Shown here: in pieces, positions 10,885-24,100 of the stretch | Layout: each line of letters begins with the position of its first letter | How positions within the stretch are numbered: position 1 is the first letter of the stretch | Notes under the pieces: generated by a model | What the model was told of the DNA's origin: nothing | Database searches by the model: none | What the model saw: the letters and a program-made list of their open reading frames with translations, nothing else | Position numbers and translations under genes: made by a program | Assembly (NCBI GenBank): GCA_964016885.1 | Contig: OZ024740.1 | Location: 311,922,001-311,986,000, forward strand | Direction of reading: 5' to 3' | Length of the DNA: 64,000 nucleotides | Source: Eledone cirrhosa | Taxonomy: Eukaryota

Positions 10885-11819
10885 GTCATTGTTCGAAAGC
10901 AACGTGTGTCGATATACCTGAGATAGCTCAATCAACACTCAATGATACACGAAATGAGTTCATTGTAAATCCGATCTTGAAAGGACTGGACTATGAACAG
11001 AATGCAGAGAAAGCGTGTAGAACTCTGATAGAAATTAACAATAAACACTCGGGAAAATATATTAACTTTAACTGTTTCAGGCTATACATGTAGTTAATTG
11101 CATAGATTCACAGCCAGAACAAATGGGGCTGGCATTATGTCGTCAGCAGATCTTAGCCCAGGAGTTGCACATTTTGATTTAGCGAGTGCGAGTGCCGACT
11201 TCATGACATCGCACCGTTCGGATGTGGTTAGCCACTGGCTCACCAACAGTTTTTTGTCGTAAGGCATTTATTCTCCTCCCTGTATCAGCTCATCTGTGTC
11301 TCATTTTTTGTTTCTATAATCCTAATTGATCATTCCGTTCTTCGTCACACAGTGTTCGATTTAAATATTGAACATTCATTTTGTTTAATTTGTGACCGCC
11401 ATGTAATTTCATGTAAGTTTCGTTTCATTTCATTTTGTTTACATTATCGTTCATGCCTGCGTTTTGTACTGCATTTTCGTCTCGTTCCTTGTCTTTTAAA
11501 ATTTTCCAGGATAGTGTTTAATTATCTTGTTAAACATAGTACTGTCCAGTTGGGGTGAAAACGTTCCATTTCGAACAGTCGGTGACCACGGGTTTGTTAG
11601 TCCTGTTCATGTTACCATTTTTGTGTCGTCTGTGTATCACCTCGTTCCGTATTTGTTCATTCTTGTACATAAATAAATAAAATTAATCTGGTCTAGATCA
11701 TTTTCAGAACAAATTTTGCTTAATGAGGACAGCGATTGAAGCAGTTGAGTCGCATTTAAGCAGTATTTAAGAGCATTTAAGCAGCATTTCCTAGAAAACA
11801 GCTGTAAGCATATATATCA

Positions 11820-12450
11820 CTTCTCAGGGCATGTTTCAGCTTCACCTCTCAGCCTCACAACAGCGCCTGTCTGTAGTCAACTGATGCCCAGCTGGACAAA
11901 TACTGTGTCCATATCGGCAAATGCCGTTATAGGTCTGTGGTAAACACTTTTGGATTCTAGCTGCATACATGCCGCCTCTACATCGGCCGCTTCCCATAAT
12001 ATGCCCTTCTCAACGAGATCCTTAAAAGTGGCTTGAATGTGGCTGCCCCCCCCCCCCCCTCACACACACACAGAGTTAGACTAAGGGGTTGGTAAAAAGC
12101 TGAACGTCGTCATAGTCTTCTCGTTGTGAGATTGTAAGCCCCTTATCTGTGACGCGACTAGTAGCGATAATTTTTCCAGTAGCAGCCTGGTGAAATCCGT
12201 ATCAGACCCTGGCTCCGTTGCTCGACAAATTGAAGATCACAAACAGACAAAACATCGGCCAAAATTATTGTCGAACCCATAGCTGTGAAAACATCTAGCA
12301 TCTTGGCTCCCCGAACCACTTCCCTACTCACTTCGATTGAAATAGAAATGACCATCAGTAAGAACGATCCCCGCAAGTTGGGTTGACTATTTCAGCGCAA
12401 CTCTCCTGTTATCCTCTGGAATAACGTATTCGCTATTCTGTCCACCTGAA
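11820..12450 (+). mobile_element. CRE-like (RLE) non-LTR retrotransposon 3' fragment, decayed
   Basis: Manual translation KPLICDAT...VEPIAVKTSSIL...NDPRKLG*LFQR...WNNVFAILST matches the CRE-type RLE C-terminus (PxAVETxG...DPRE...QRxSxAxxRGNA). Confidence 0.65.
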
Positions 12451-12469
12451 CCATGAAGCAAGAATAAAT

Positions 12470-12652
12470 AATTGTTTCTACAATAGGCACAAGGCCAGCA
12501 ATTATCCCAGTGTATTACTGGTACTTTATTTTATCGACCCCGTTAGGATGAAAGGCAAAGTTAACCTCGACGGGATTTGAACTCAGAATGGCAAGGGCCG
12601 TAACTCTATGCGTCAAAGCATGGCGTCCGACTCTCTACCGATACTGCCAATT
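12470..12652 (-). mobile_element. SINE family 1
   Basis: Reverse complement of the 16955-17150 copy. Confidence 0.85.
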
Positions 12653-12734
12653 TAAATAATGTTTCTTATTCAATAAAGCTGTATGTTTCTACTGTCTTTA
12701 AAAAAGGAAGGATACTATATATATACACTGCCTA

Positions 12735-13070
12735 ACAACCCTCATCCCCGACTCAACAAAAAGCCCCTCATTTGGGACGTGACAGGTAACAATACTTTCT
12801 CCAGCGACAACCTAGTGCATTCAGCGACAGGCCTAGGTTTCGTTGTCTGACAAGTTAAACTATAGGCCGTTTTCTGATAGGTTTGTCGATGAACACATAA
12901 CGGTGGGAACTTCTGAAGTTCTTCGTCCCTGAACTATCTCCCTACTTACTGCTATCGACGCTAAGTTGACCACTTGCATGAGTGACACCCGTGAATTGGA
13001 ATGGCTACGTCAACGTGTACTCCATCGTTATCTTCCGGGTAATCGCTTTCTCCACTCAGTCCGTTGTGAC
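12735..13070 (+). mobile_element. CRE-like 3' fragment, second copy
   Basis: KPLIWDVT...VGTSEVL...SDTRELEWLRQRV...PGN. Confidence 0.65.
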
Positions 13071-13187
13071 TATGAGGTGGGTTGCGTCTGGGGTTCTGCA
13101 CACCCGAGAGCGTTCTCTCCCACACTGTCCAGGCTTGTAGTGATGGTATGAGTTGGTGTTATCTACGGCATCTGTCCATACACGCGA

Positions 13188-13343
<156 letters not shown>

Positions 13344-14510
13344 ATTATGAACAACTGAACAAAATACGGGATTGTTATAGCTGGAATAGAATGCATTTGA
13401 TCATGGCTCGAGCAGGGCTGACTTGGTGTTAAACAACAACAACAACACTGCAAAATACCATCAACAACACTGATATAACAATTAGCGAGGGTTCTTTTAA
13501 GTCGTAGCTCAACTTGCTTATAAAACGAAGGACACACTAAATGTATTAAAAGAACAGGGTAGTTACGGCTGGATCGCTTATGATCATAGTTGGGTGAAAG
13601 CTGGCCTGGGGCTAAAAATTCAACCCCACTCATGTCTATCATTTTTAGCGCAGTAACCTTTGTGATCGCTTGATCTACTAGAAATAGCAGCTCAGTCTCC
13701 TTCAAATCACACCCTACCATCTTAAAAAAAAAAAAAAAATGAAAATAACATAGTGGACGATATAATCTGACACACCATGTGTGAAATGAAATATAGGATG
13801 GCCATGGCTGGAATGCCTTTGATCATGGATCTGTTCAGTCACGGCTGATTCCTGACTAAACAATACAAACTATCATTTTCAACAATCACGAACACCTCTA
13901 TTATGCAGAAACATTTTAACTGCTTTCCGTAGTATAAAAAAACAACAACAAAAGTAACGTGAACGATGTAGAAGCGACATCAGTTTGAGAAATTTCCATT
14001 TTACATAGTTCATTCATTTTGTAGTTTCGCTCTCTTTCTCTATCTAACTTCCGCATCTTTTTCTCTCTCTTTCTTCCTCTCTCTCTTGCACACACACACG
14101 ACATTCGCGTTATTAGACAAAAAAATTACAAACGCATGTTTTCTCCATTTATGTGTTGTGTGTGTTAACAACCCCAGGTTGGCCCAAGTAAGAAGACCTG
14201 TGATTATAACCATCCGCCTTTTTTCAGGCATTGCTTGCTTATTTAGTTAGGGTGTGATTTGAGAGAGATTGTTTGAAGGTAAAAAAATAAAATCCCTTAA
14301 CGATCCCCAGTAGGGATCGTTCCGAGTGTACTCCTCGCTCCACGCCACCGTTTTCGGGAAAAGAAGTCGTTGGCGAGAAAAAGAAACAAAAATTAAAATT
14401 AAAATGTTTAAGCAAAAAAAGAAAAATTATTCCCACCGAAGAATTCTCTAAGTTTTCGGGAAAAAATCGGTTCCGAGCATGTCAAAGGTCAAATTAGAAA
14501 ACACACCACC

Positions 14511-14511
<1 letters not shown>

Positions 14512-14541
<30 letters not shown>

Positions 14542-15255
14542 CTTCTTCTTCTTCTTCTTCTTCTTCTTCTTCTTCTTCTTCTTCTTGTGGGGGCAGAGTC
14601 AACACACATTTCCAGCGAGTTTTGTTAAAAGCAACCGTTTCCACCCATCTTGTTCGGGGTCTACCCTTGGGTCTCCTGTCGGTTGGTTTTGCCTGTAAAG
14701 TATGTCCAGCGATTCTTTCCTGAGACATTTTAACCATATGCCCAGAGTATTGGATCTGTGATCTCTCAATTCTGAGAAGTAGCGGCTCTACCTGGGGTGA
14801 TTTTCTTATCTCCGAGCTACGCACTCTATCGAGTAACATTGCTCCAAAGACATTTCGGAGGAACCCCATTTCAGCCGCTTGTATTCACAATCGTACTCTT
14901 TCGGTCATTACCCAAGATTCTTAACCATAGGTAAGGATTGGTACAAATACCGAATTTAAGATAGCGAGTTTGGCTTTTACACCTACCTCCCTTCTTCTGA
15001 TTACCAAATGCTGAAGCTGGCGTCTCACTGCATCAGCTCCTGCAATTCTTGCACTTAATTCAACCTCCTACCTTCCATCACTCGTGAATACGGAACCGCG
15101 ATACTTGAACTTCTTCACCTGCTTCAGTGGAACTCCATTCACTTCCAGAGTGTACTGCACAGGCTTCCTTGAGAGAACGAGTGTCTTAGTTTTCTCAGCA
15201 CTGATTTTCGTTCCAGCCATGCAACATTTGGCATCAAACCTATGAAGCAGTTTCT
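14512..15255 (-). mobile_element. RTE-clade LINE 3' part with (GAA)n tail
   Basis: KFKYRGS...PILTYG.ESW...AAEMGFLR...YSGHMVKM...RPKGRPRTRW, followed by (GAA)n at 14512-14586. Confidence 0.85.
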
Positions 15256-15269
15256 GCTTTAGCTGTTAA

Positions 15270-15890
15270 TTGTTGCAGTCGAAAGAGGATTGATGTGACG
15301 CCGAATAGCAGGAGGACCTTTGGTTCAACCAAGAGGTCAAAGTTGTCATCCGAGCAAAGAAGGAGGTTTACAAAGCTTGGTTTGGAAATAAGTCCTCCTT
15401 CTTGCACTTGCGGTACAAGCAGGCATGAAGAATCGCAACAGAGACAGTAAGGGTGTCCAAAATTAAGACATGGGAGGACTTTCGAGTTAAGCTGGAAACG
15501 GGCTTCAGATCAGCAATTAAAGTGTTCTGGCAGACCGTCCACCGGATTTGGAATAAGAAGTCATCCTCCACACCTGCTATCAGGAACGTGTCTGGCGTTC
15601 TCTCTTCAGAGAGGTGCGTCCTCGCAAGGTGGAGAGGATACTTTGTTGATCTCCTAAATCCGATCAAAACACCAACTTCTGATATGCACAAGGCGCATCT
15701 GGGAGTGATGACTAATCTCACGGAGAATGAGGTCATAAGAGCTGAAATGTGCCATGGCCGCTGGGAAAGATGAAATCCGGTCCGAGATGTTAAAAACCTT
15801 AAATAGAGAAGGTATTCTCTGGCTGACTCATGTATGCCTGAATCTTTGGAAAGGCACCCTAGCTATGGCAATCGGGAGTAATAATCCCAC
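15270..15890 (+). mobile_element. RTE-clade LINE internal fragment (EN-RT linker to RT start), inverted relative to its neighbour
   Basis: PWFNQEVK..., LARWRGYFVDLLN, AAGKDEIRSEMLK. Confidence 0.8.
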
Positions 15891-16494
15891 GAATATTTAT
15901 ATTTTTATATTAATTCAATTAACATATAAAATAGGAAGTAGTAACTAACATAATATATTATTTTATGATAGCATTTTAAATATGGCTCAATCGAATTCTT
16001 CTTCGTTTACGATGAAAATGATCAATAACTTTGCCTTAATACCATGTTGACGTACTACAGAAGGCCACACACGTTTATATTTAAAAGAACGGGCAAATCT
16101 TGTTTGGCAGAAAACTAAAAGCCCATTGTTTTCTTAAGCATTATGTATGACCATTACGCACGCTGCCGAAATCAATTCATCCAAGACCTTTATTAGTCCA
16201 ACAAGAATAAGCAGGTGAAAAAATAGAAGGGTGGAGAAATATCCTTAACAACTGTACTGTTTGAGGCTAAAAAATCACTGAAGACAACTTCATTACAGAA
16301 AGGTGTTTGTCTTTATTCCTCACCCATGGATACTGGTTTCATTTTCATTTGGTTTTAAATTCGTGCTACCTTAGTTGCTGCAATCGAAGCGTTTACAATG
16401 ACCTGATCAACAATGTAATCCTTGTACCCGAAAGCACAACGATGGACTTGGATAATATAAATGTTTCGAAAGATTTATCTATAATTATGAATAA

Positions 16495-17234
16495 CTAGCA
16501 GAAAAACCACCCTCGGGTAGTTTTCTGCTAGCATGTGTAGTGTGTATATTGATATTATACGCAAGTATATATACATGTAGATATGATACATCAAATAAAA
16601 TCGTAATTGACAATATACACAGAAATTGAAAAAAGACTGTGTTACACTATCTTATGTAATCAGTAACGTAATCCATGATACATTAAAAAAAGACGATATT
16701 ATATATAAACTGCATTAGGAGAAAATTAGTGACAGAAAATTAGTATGTTTATTTAAGTGATCGCCACCGGAAGTGTTGAGATCACACACTCTCTCTCTCT
16801 TTCTATATATATATGGTAGTTGAAGTGGTGGTGGTGGCAACGATATACCGGAAGTGCAACTTTGAAAAGAAGTCAATTTTAAATTATTTATTTTTACGAA
16901 ATTATTTTTGTTTACGAAATTTAGTAGATAAATTATGTAATATTGATTCATTATTTGTGGATTGGCAGTATCGGTAGAGGGTCGGACGCTATGCTTTGAC
17001 GTATAGAGTTACGGCCCTTGCCATTCTGAGTTCAAATCCCGCCGAGGTTAACTTTGCCTTTCATCCTTACGGGTTCGATAAAATAAAGTACCAGTAATGT
17101 ACTGGGTAATTGCTGGCCTTGTGCCAAACGTAGAAACAATTATTTATTCAAAGTAATCCAACTTATTTTACTAACGGGATAAAAAAAAATAAACCGTACG
17201 CAGTCCCGCAGACCTTCCTTTATTATAGTTTAGA
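16495..17234 (-). mobile_element. Non-autonomous Helitron with nested SINE
   Basis: Minus strand begins A|TCTAAACTATAATAAA and ends hairpin-CTAG|T (ctagcagaaaa...ttttctgctag), i.e. TC...CTAG inserted into AT. Confidence 0.6.
16955..17150 (+). mobile_element. SINE family 1, full-length-like
   Basis: A-box-like TGGCAGTATCGG, B-box GAGTTCAAATCC, shared central core. Confidence 0.85.
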
Positions 17235-17584
17235 TTTGTTGACCATTATAAATCTCCGTTGAAATAACTTCATTGCTGAGAAACAGCTGAAATTAACATT
17301 TCATAAGGATGAAATATCGCCAAAGGAATTGTTCACACTTGATAGTTGAACTCAGAAAATGAAAAACATTCATATCAATAGTTTCTCCATCTCCATTGCT
17401 TCACACAATTAGCGTTATATATACCTAAGTATTGATGGAAATATTGAATACAAAAGTGCTATGTATTGAATACAAAAGTGCTATGAATAAGGTAAGACTG
17501 GCCAAAGAATATTATACTAGACTTTAAAATATGACAGTCCACCTACAACAAAACTATATCCCACAATCCATTTGAAGTAACGGA

Positions 17585-18205
17585 AAGGCGGCTAATTGTC
17601 TGCCATTAGAGCGTCGGATTAAATGTTTCACAGTATTTGTTCCAGCTCTCTACGTTCAAATCCCACCGAAGTCAACTTTGCCTTTCATTCTTTCTGGATC
17701 GATAAGATAAGTACCAGTGTAGGGCGCTGGTGCCAAGCTGCATCGGCCTTGCTTTTCCTTTGGATAACATCGGTGGTGTGGAGAAGGAAGATTTGCAGGA
17801 GCGACTGACTGCTGGTCGTCTACATAAAAAAAATAAAAACATTGTCTTTGCCTACGCCAACTTATGGCAAGACATGTCCGAAAGGGGCCTATCGAACTGG
17901 AACCAGCATTTGGGATACATGACTGGACTACAAAGGAAATCTATTCCATCAATATTCTTTCTAATATTAGCAGAATGTCAACAACTTGGAAGAAGAGAAA
18001 GTTGATTATATCGACTCACAGTATTTTACTGGTACTTTATTTTATCGACCCCGGGAGGAAGAAAAGCAAAGTTGACCTCGGCGGGATTTGCATTCATTAA
18101 TATTGATTGCTAATTTAGGCACAAAACCAGCCAATTTGGCGAAAGGACATGACTGGTACTTTATTTTATCAGCCCTGGGCGGATGAAAAGCAAAGTTGAC
18201 CTTGC
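17585..18205. mobile_element. Cluster of SINE family 1 fragments (17585-17720 +; 18020-18205 -)
   Basis: Shared core gtcaactttgcctttcat...gataa...agtaccagt. Confidence 0.7.
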
Positions 18206-18559
18206 AAGAGAGTGTTTATGGTCAACTGCTTATAAGTCTACAATATCACAACCCAGATTATAAATTTACATGTTCACCCATAATCATTAGCTCTTGAACA
18301 TCTTACAAAGTGTTTTAGTATTAGTCTTCTCGATGATGACTGACCTGGGATTAAACAACCACGATAACAAATACGAAGAGCTGTTGATAGAAAAAAGAAG
18401 GGTAAGAGAATAAAATTAAACGGGTGCAGGTGGGAGACAGGAGAGTCATCTGAAGTAAGTAATTCGAATAATAAGTTTCCATGACAACAATCTCGTGGGC
18501 TAGATTATCTTTCTTTACTGTGACTCGAGTTTCTCAGGATCAAATATGACAAACATGGT

Positions 18560-18850
18560 AGAAACGTATCTGACACGCACTCTCCTGTCAAAACCGCCTT
18601 CATCTATCTAAGTGAGTGAACAAAACAAAGTTATTTACCCAATAAATGTTTGCAATAAAAAAAGAAAAATAATGAGAAAGAGAAAAAATGAAGTCCCTTT
18701 CCGCCAGGTTTACGGTCGAGCCCGTAGCAGTGAAGACTTCTGGTGTCCTTGGCCTTAAGGCCACCTCCCTACACACCACCATCGGCACAGAGTTGGTTAC
18801 CCGCAGATGTGAGCCACGCCAGCTGGAATGGCTCTTCCTCTGTGTTCAGA
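18560..18850 (+). mobile_element. CRE-like 3' fragment, third copy
   Basis: VEPVAVKTSGVLG...IGTEL...EPRQLEWL. Confidence 0.6.
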
Positions 18851-19049
18851 CCTGTATATGTTTCACGGACACACACTCACATTGAGGCAATTTAATTACT
18901 ATATTTAACCACTGGTTTAGTTGTTAAATTAATATAGGTTCCTATTCACAAGTTTAGAATTGTTTGAAATTTTGTAACAAGTTCGCGATGTATAAAAGGG
19001 AAAGGGGGAGGTAGCGGTAGACTCTGCATCCCAGTTTAGGTGATACATC

Positions 19050-19260
19050 TCGAACGCGCTCTGTGGACAAAATAGCGAAACATTGCCGCAGAGAACATTC
19101 CAGCGATACCAGTTGCATCAACCACTCAACCTGACCAGGATCTTTCCTCGGGTATGATGTACTCTTCTTAATTTTGCGGAGAACGGCAGTTCGGAGCCCA
19201 AGGATAACGGAGGTCTTGACGGCGACCAGCACGAAAAGGAAACGGGCGGTTAAATGCTGG
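19050..19260 (-). mobile_element. CRE-like 3' fragment, fourth copy
   Basis: VAVKTSVILG...KDPGQVEWLMQLVSL...FAILST. Confidence 0.6.
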
Positions 19261-19370
19261 TATTTAGCTAGCTTCCTCTCCCCTGCCTAACGGGTGACAG
19301 TTGCCCGGGTTTGTTGTACTACTTAGGTACATTGTACTTCCTATATAAATTGTACTGCCTTGATAAATTG

Positions 19371-19571
19371 TATAAAGTAGGCCAAAAGTCACGAGGGAAT
19401 TTTCATATTTAAGAATTCCTTTACCTTTTGTTTTAAATTTATCATAGCATCATATACAGTATATAATAGAAATAAATGTACGCTAAGTATGGTAAGTCAC
19501 ATCTTGTAAATAGCATAAAAATAATTTTTAAATTTTTAAATCCCCTTCGTGGACTTTTGATCTATCCTATA
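19371..19571. mobile_element. Short MITE with imperfect ~35-bp TIRs
   Basis: tata..gtaggccaaaagtcacgagggaattt versus aaatccccttcgtggacttttgatctatcctata. Confidence 0.5.
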
Positions 19572-20330
19572 CTACCTAGGTGAAGTAACTGATCAAACAC
19601 AGGTATTATTGTACTACATAGTAATATTAATGAAACATAATAGGATTTCCGGGGACAGGACTGGGTTGTGTATTGCGTACTTGAGCAAAACACTTCATTT
19701 CACGTAGCTCCAGTATATTCAGCTGAAAATGAGTACCATCAATAGCTGGAGGTTTAACCTTACGTTGGACTGGCTTCCTGCCCGGGGATGAGTCTTGTAC
19801 GGAAACAAGAATAAACACCGGACTTTTTAATTTACACTTGTTGAACAATCATGAAACTGTCTCGGCATGCCAACAAATTTAGTGGACAACATACCTTTCG
19901 AAATAAAACCTGGAATGCTTTCTTATTAACCGTGGCTAAAGTTTTCGTAAGATAAATAACTTAATAATGGTTAACACGCTGTTCAATACATTTCTCTTCG
20001 ACATGCAGTAAATATTAAATCAACAGCCCTTTATTGCTTTAAAGCTACATTGGTATTGCAGTAGGACACGCATAGTGGAAAGGTCTATACATAGACAAGC
20101 ACTTTCAAATGCTGAAAATTGTAATGAAATCTGTCGGTCGAAATTAGGTTTAATATGGCAGATTAGCATGTCAAATACCAATGGTAATAAAACCATACAC
20201 ATGACATCGGTGACAGAACCTGCAGGTCAGTAACTGAGCCCATGACAAAGGTGGAACCTCATCTCAACTAGGAGAGAAGTGAACGCGAAAGGAGATCATA
20301 CTCGGCATCAAGTCGACAGCCACCACGGAC

Positions 20331-21143
20331 TGTATGTATGTATGTGTATGTATGTATGTATGTATGTATGTATGTATGTATGTATGTATGTATGTGTATG
20401 TATGTGTGTATGTATGTATGTGTGTATGTATGTATGTATGTATGTATGTATGTATGTATGTATGTCAAAGGGCAAAGGAGCTCTTAAGAGTCAATGGCCA
20501 TCCAAAATCACCGGGAGAGATGACCCCTTAGCCTTTGTCAAGGCAGAATTCTAGGAGAAGGCAAACTCTGATATAACACCTGCAACCCTGATGGTATCCA
20601 ATGATGTTGACTTGTTCTTCTTTTTAGTAAATATCATCTTGGTTAAGAGAGTGGGACTGGCTTTGTGCACTGCCTTTGCTCACTATAAAAGCTTCACGGC
20701 ACAGGCATTGCTTTATATCTGGAGATCTCTCTGCACTTGTCGTCACATGGTACCATGGGCCCAGCACTATGTGTCAATAATTGTCACAAGTGTAGTGTTT
20801 GTACCAGAGTTTTCAAGTCGCTGGCTGGACTAAAAAGTCACACTTGTTCAGCGCATCGGTAGGGGTTCTCCTACATGGATATAAAGTAGTGACCGTACTC
20901 GAAAACGAGTTGGCAGCCACCACCATGTATGTATGTACGTATGTATGTATGTGTATGTATGTACGTATGTATGTATATATATATGTATGTATTGTGTGCA
21001 TGTATGTGTGTATGTATGTATGTGTGTATGTATGTGTGTATGTATGTATGTATGTATGTATGTATGTATGTATGTATGTATGTATGTATGTATGTATGTA
21101 TGTATGTATGTATGTACGTATGTATGTGTATATATGTATGTAT
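20331..21143. repeat. Two (TATG)n tracts (20331-20465, 20926-21143) flanking an RTE-like 5' UTR fragment
   Basis: Microsatellites by inspection; spacer contains ctaggagaaggcaaactctga, resembling RTE 5' UTRs. Confidence 0.7.
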
Positions 21144-21144
21144 G

Positions 21145-24100
21145 TTCTTCTGGTTTTATAATTTCACAAATTTTACCAATAGAGGGAGAGTCGGTTTCTA
21201 TCATAGACACAAGACTCATTGGAATTTACACAACATCAACTAGGTAGATATGTATGCATGTCTGCATGCATGCATGTGTAGATATGGATGTTATTGTATG
21301 TGTGGATGTGGATGTGTTGAGTTGTATGTGTGCATGTGTATATGCTTTGTATCTGTACATGTGTATATGCAGTTATTAGATGCAAAATTTGTGGAATGTT
21401 TTATATATTTCTACTGTTCCATTAATGGATTGAACTTGTAATTTCCTAACTAGTTGTATTCTTTCTGTTCCTATGAAGCCTAGCTTCTCAAGATTTGTAT
21501 TGAGGCAGTTACTAACATACCCCACTGCCCCAATAATCACAGGCATAAATCTGAAGGTGTAATGAAGGTGGAGTATCTGCAGATTTCTCATCAGTTCTGC
21601 ATAGATATTCTCCTTTTCGTTAATCTTTGATATCATATTAGCATCTGCTGGGCAGCTAACTTCCACTACTGTGCATGCTTTCTTTTCCCTATCCCATATC
21701 ATATCTGGCCTGTTATACCTGCATTTTATTGGGGTTTTTACTGGAACATTCCACTAGTACTCTTTCATATTATGTATATGGATGTCTTCCGCAGTGCTGT
21801 AGCTTTTAATGTGTTTATTATCGGGGCTATCTTTTCTATGGATTGCATTGTACAGTGTTTGGGCCACTACATCATGCCTCATAGGTAGATAGTACCGCGA
21901 TGACATCTTTGGACAGCTGCTGATGACATGGGTGACATCTTCGATGTTAATTCTGCAGAGTCTGCACTTGTTATCACATCTAGGTGTTTTGCCTGCATCC
22001 CTATCTCTTTTGTGAATCAGGTATTTCGTGTTAATTTCCTGTTCTTGGATTGCAAAAGCGTATCCTTCAAAGTGGGAGCCAATATAGCGGTTTTTGGTCC
22101 AAGATAGACTACTTTCCTTATCTATATTACTCTCACTCTGGAGCTTCCTGGCAACATATCCATGTATGATTTTTTTCCTGGCAACATATCCATGGATTCA
22201 CTGCGATACTGCTGAGCGACTTCCCTGGGTGTGAGTTTTTGATTATCACACAGGAAATATCTCTAGAGGAGTTCCTTCCCAACTCTCATGATCTTATCTG
22301 TTTGATGCAGATAGACTTGCTCGAGGGACGGGCTCCTACGCTTCGAGGTTCGTAGATGTTACGGAGGGATATGATGCGACATTCAAATGCTGTCTGGACT
22401 GATGTTAGGCCTCTGCCTCCCTGCTTACGTTTCAAGCAAAGACGGTCTATGTCACTGTTCATATGGAAGTTTCCGGTGTTGTTTAGTATTTTCCGAGTTC
22501 TAACATCAACTCCTCGGATTTCGTCTATCGTCCAATTGAGTATTCCAAAAGTTGGTATTAGGACAGACACAGCAAACACATTGTGAGCCAGTGTTTTGTT
22601 TTGCGCAGAGAGTTCCGATGACTATATCTTTCTTAATCGGGTGTAGTATTCCCTGGTTACGCGTTCCTTATTACAGATACCATTATAGGATATGTTCTCA
22701 TCTATCCCTAGGTATCTGTAGCAGTCCTCATCAGATATCGGTGAAACAGTTAGGCCATTGATGACAATGTTGCTAGATTGGGGTTGTTGTTTTTCCCCGC
22801 TTTACAGTCATATATGAGCATTTATCTTGGCCAAACTCCATTCCTATATCCTTTGAGAACCAGGTCAAGATTTTTCTTAATCCCATCCATGTTTTTGGCA
22901 TAGAGTTTCAGAGCATCCACAAAGAAATTATGGGTTAGGTTCGTATTTCTGTCCTCCTGTGAGCCAATGATGTATCCTTCACATTTCTTGAGCAGAAAGG
23001 ACAAGGGGTTTAATGACAGGATGAATAATACCACAGATAGACTGTCTTCCTGAAATATACCCCTGCGATATTTTATTTTATCAGTGAAAATAGAGTCCTC
23101 CTTCTCTGTCTTTAACCTTAGGATAGTAGCCCAAGAAGAAGACAGCCTCTCTATGGCTCTGATAATAATGCCTGGGACTTTAGCAAGTTGGAGGGCCTCT
23201 ATCATCCAAAAGTGGGGAACAGAATCGAAAACTTTCCTGTAGTCCAGCCAGACTGTAGCCATATTCCTCCTAAGTTGTCGCACCACCGACATCGCAGTTT
23301 TGTTGATTAGGAGTTGTTAAGCACATCCCCAAACCCCTTTCTTTCCAGCTGCTTGTTCATCTGTGATGATGTTATTATTTTCACAGTGATCTTGGAGGAA
23401 TAGGTTCAGGCAAGCTGTATACATCTTATACGTCATGCAATGGCTCTTATTCTGACATGCAATGGCTCAGTAGTTTTTTGCCAAGCGGGTGTCTTTGTTC
23501 TTGGAGACCAGTAATGGTTGTGCTAATGTCAACCATTCTGGTATAAGCGTATTTCCCTTAAGAACTTGTTGGTAAAGGTCAGTAAGATACCTCCGATAGA
23601 ATATCAATTTGTTGTACCAGTAGCCAACAATCATGTCTCTTCCTGGTGTTTTCTTATCTTGGAGTTTTCCTATCACAGTCTCAAGAGTACCCTCACTTAT
23701 TTCGTATGTTTTTGTTGTAACGTAGGAGCAATAGTTCTTTCAGATTTCTTTTAGCCACACTGCATCTTGGTTGAAATTCTTCTTTTCACTCCATATTTTT
23801 CTCCAAAAGGAATCTATGTCTTTCTGAGATGGGGCCTCAGTGACACTTATTATTTTGCCCTTCATATCTCTATAGACTGATGTTTGGTTTCGTCTGAATC
23901 TTTTATTAAGCATTTTTCTTTCATCTACCTTCTTCAGGTATCGGCGTTTTTCGGTAACAGCTCTCAATTCTTGTTTGAGGGTGATCAGCTTATATTGAAG
24001 AGTTCTGGTTCTACTGTTACCAAACATCGTCTCTATTTTATTTTTCACTCTTTGCTGGTGAGGAGTGAGGGGTTTTTTGTGTTTGTTTGCATGTAAGGAA

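Noticed and set aside
11089-11711. Possible solo LTR (TG...CA, AATAAA near the 3' end)
   Set aside because: No target-site duplication or partner LTR found.
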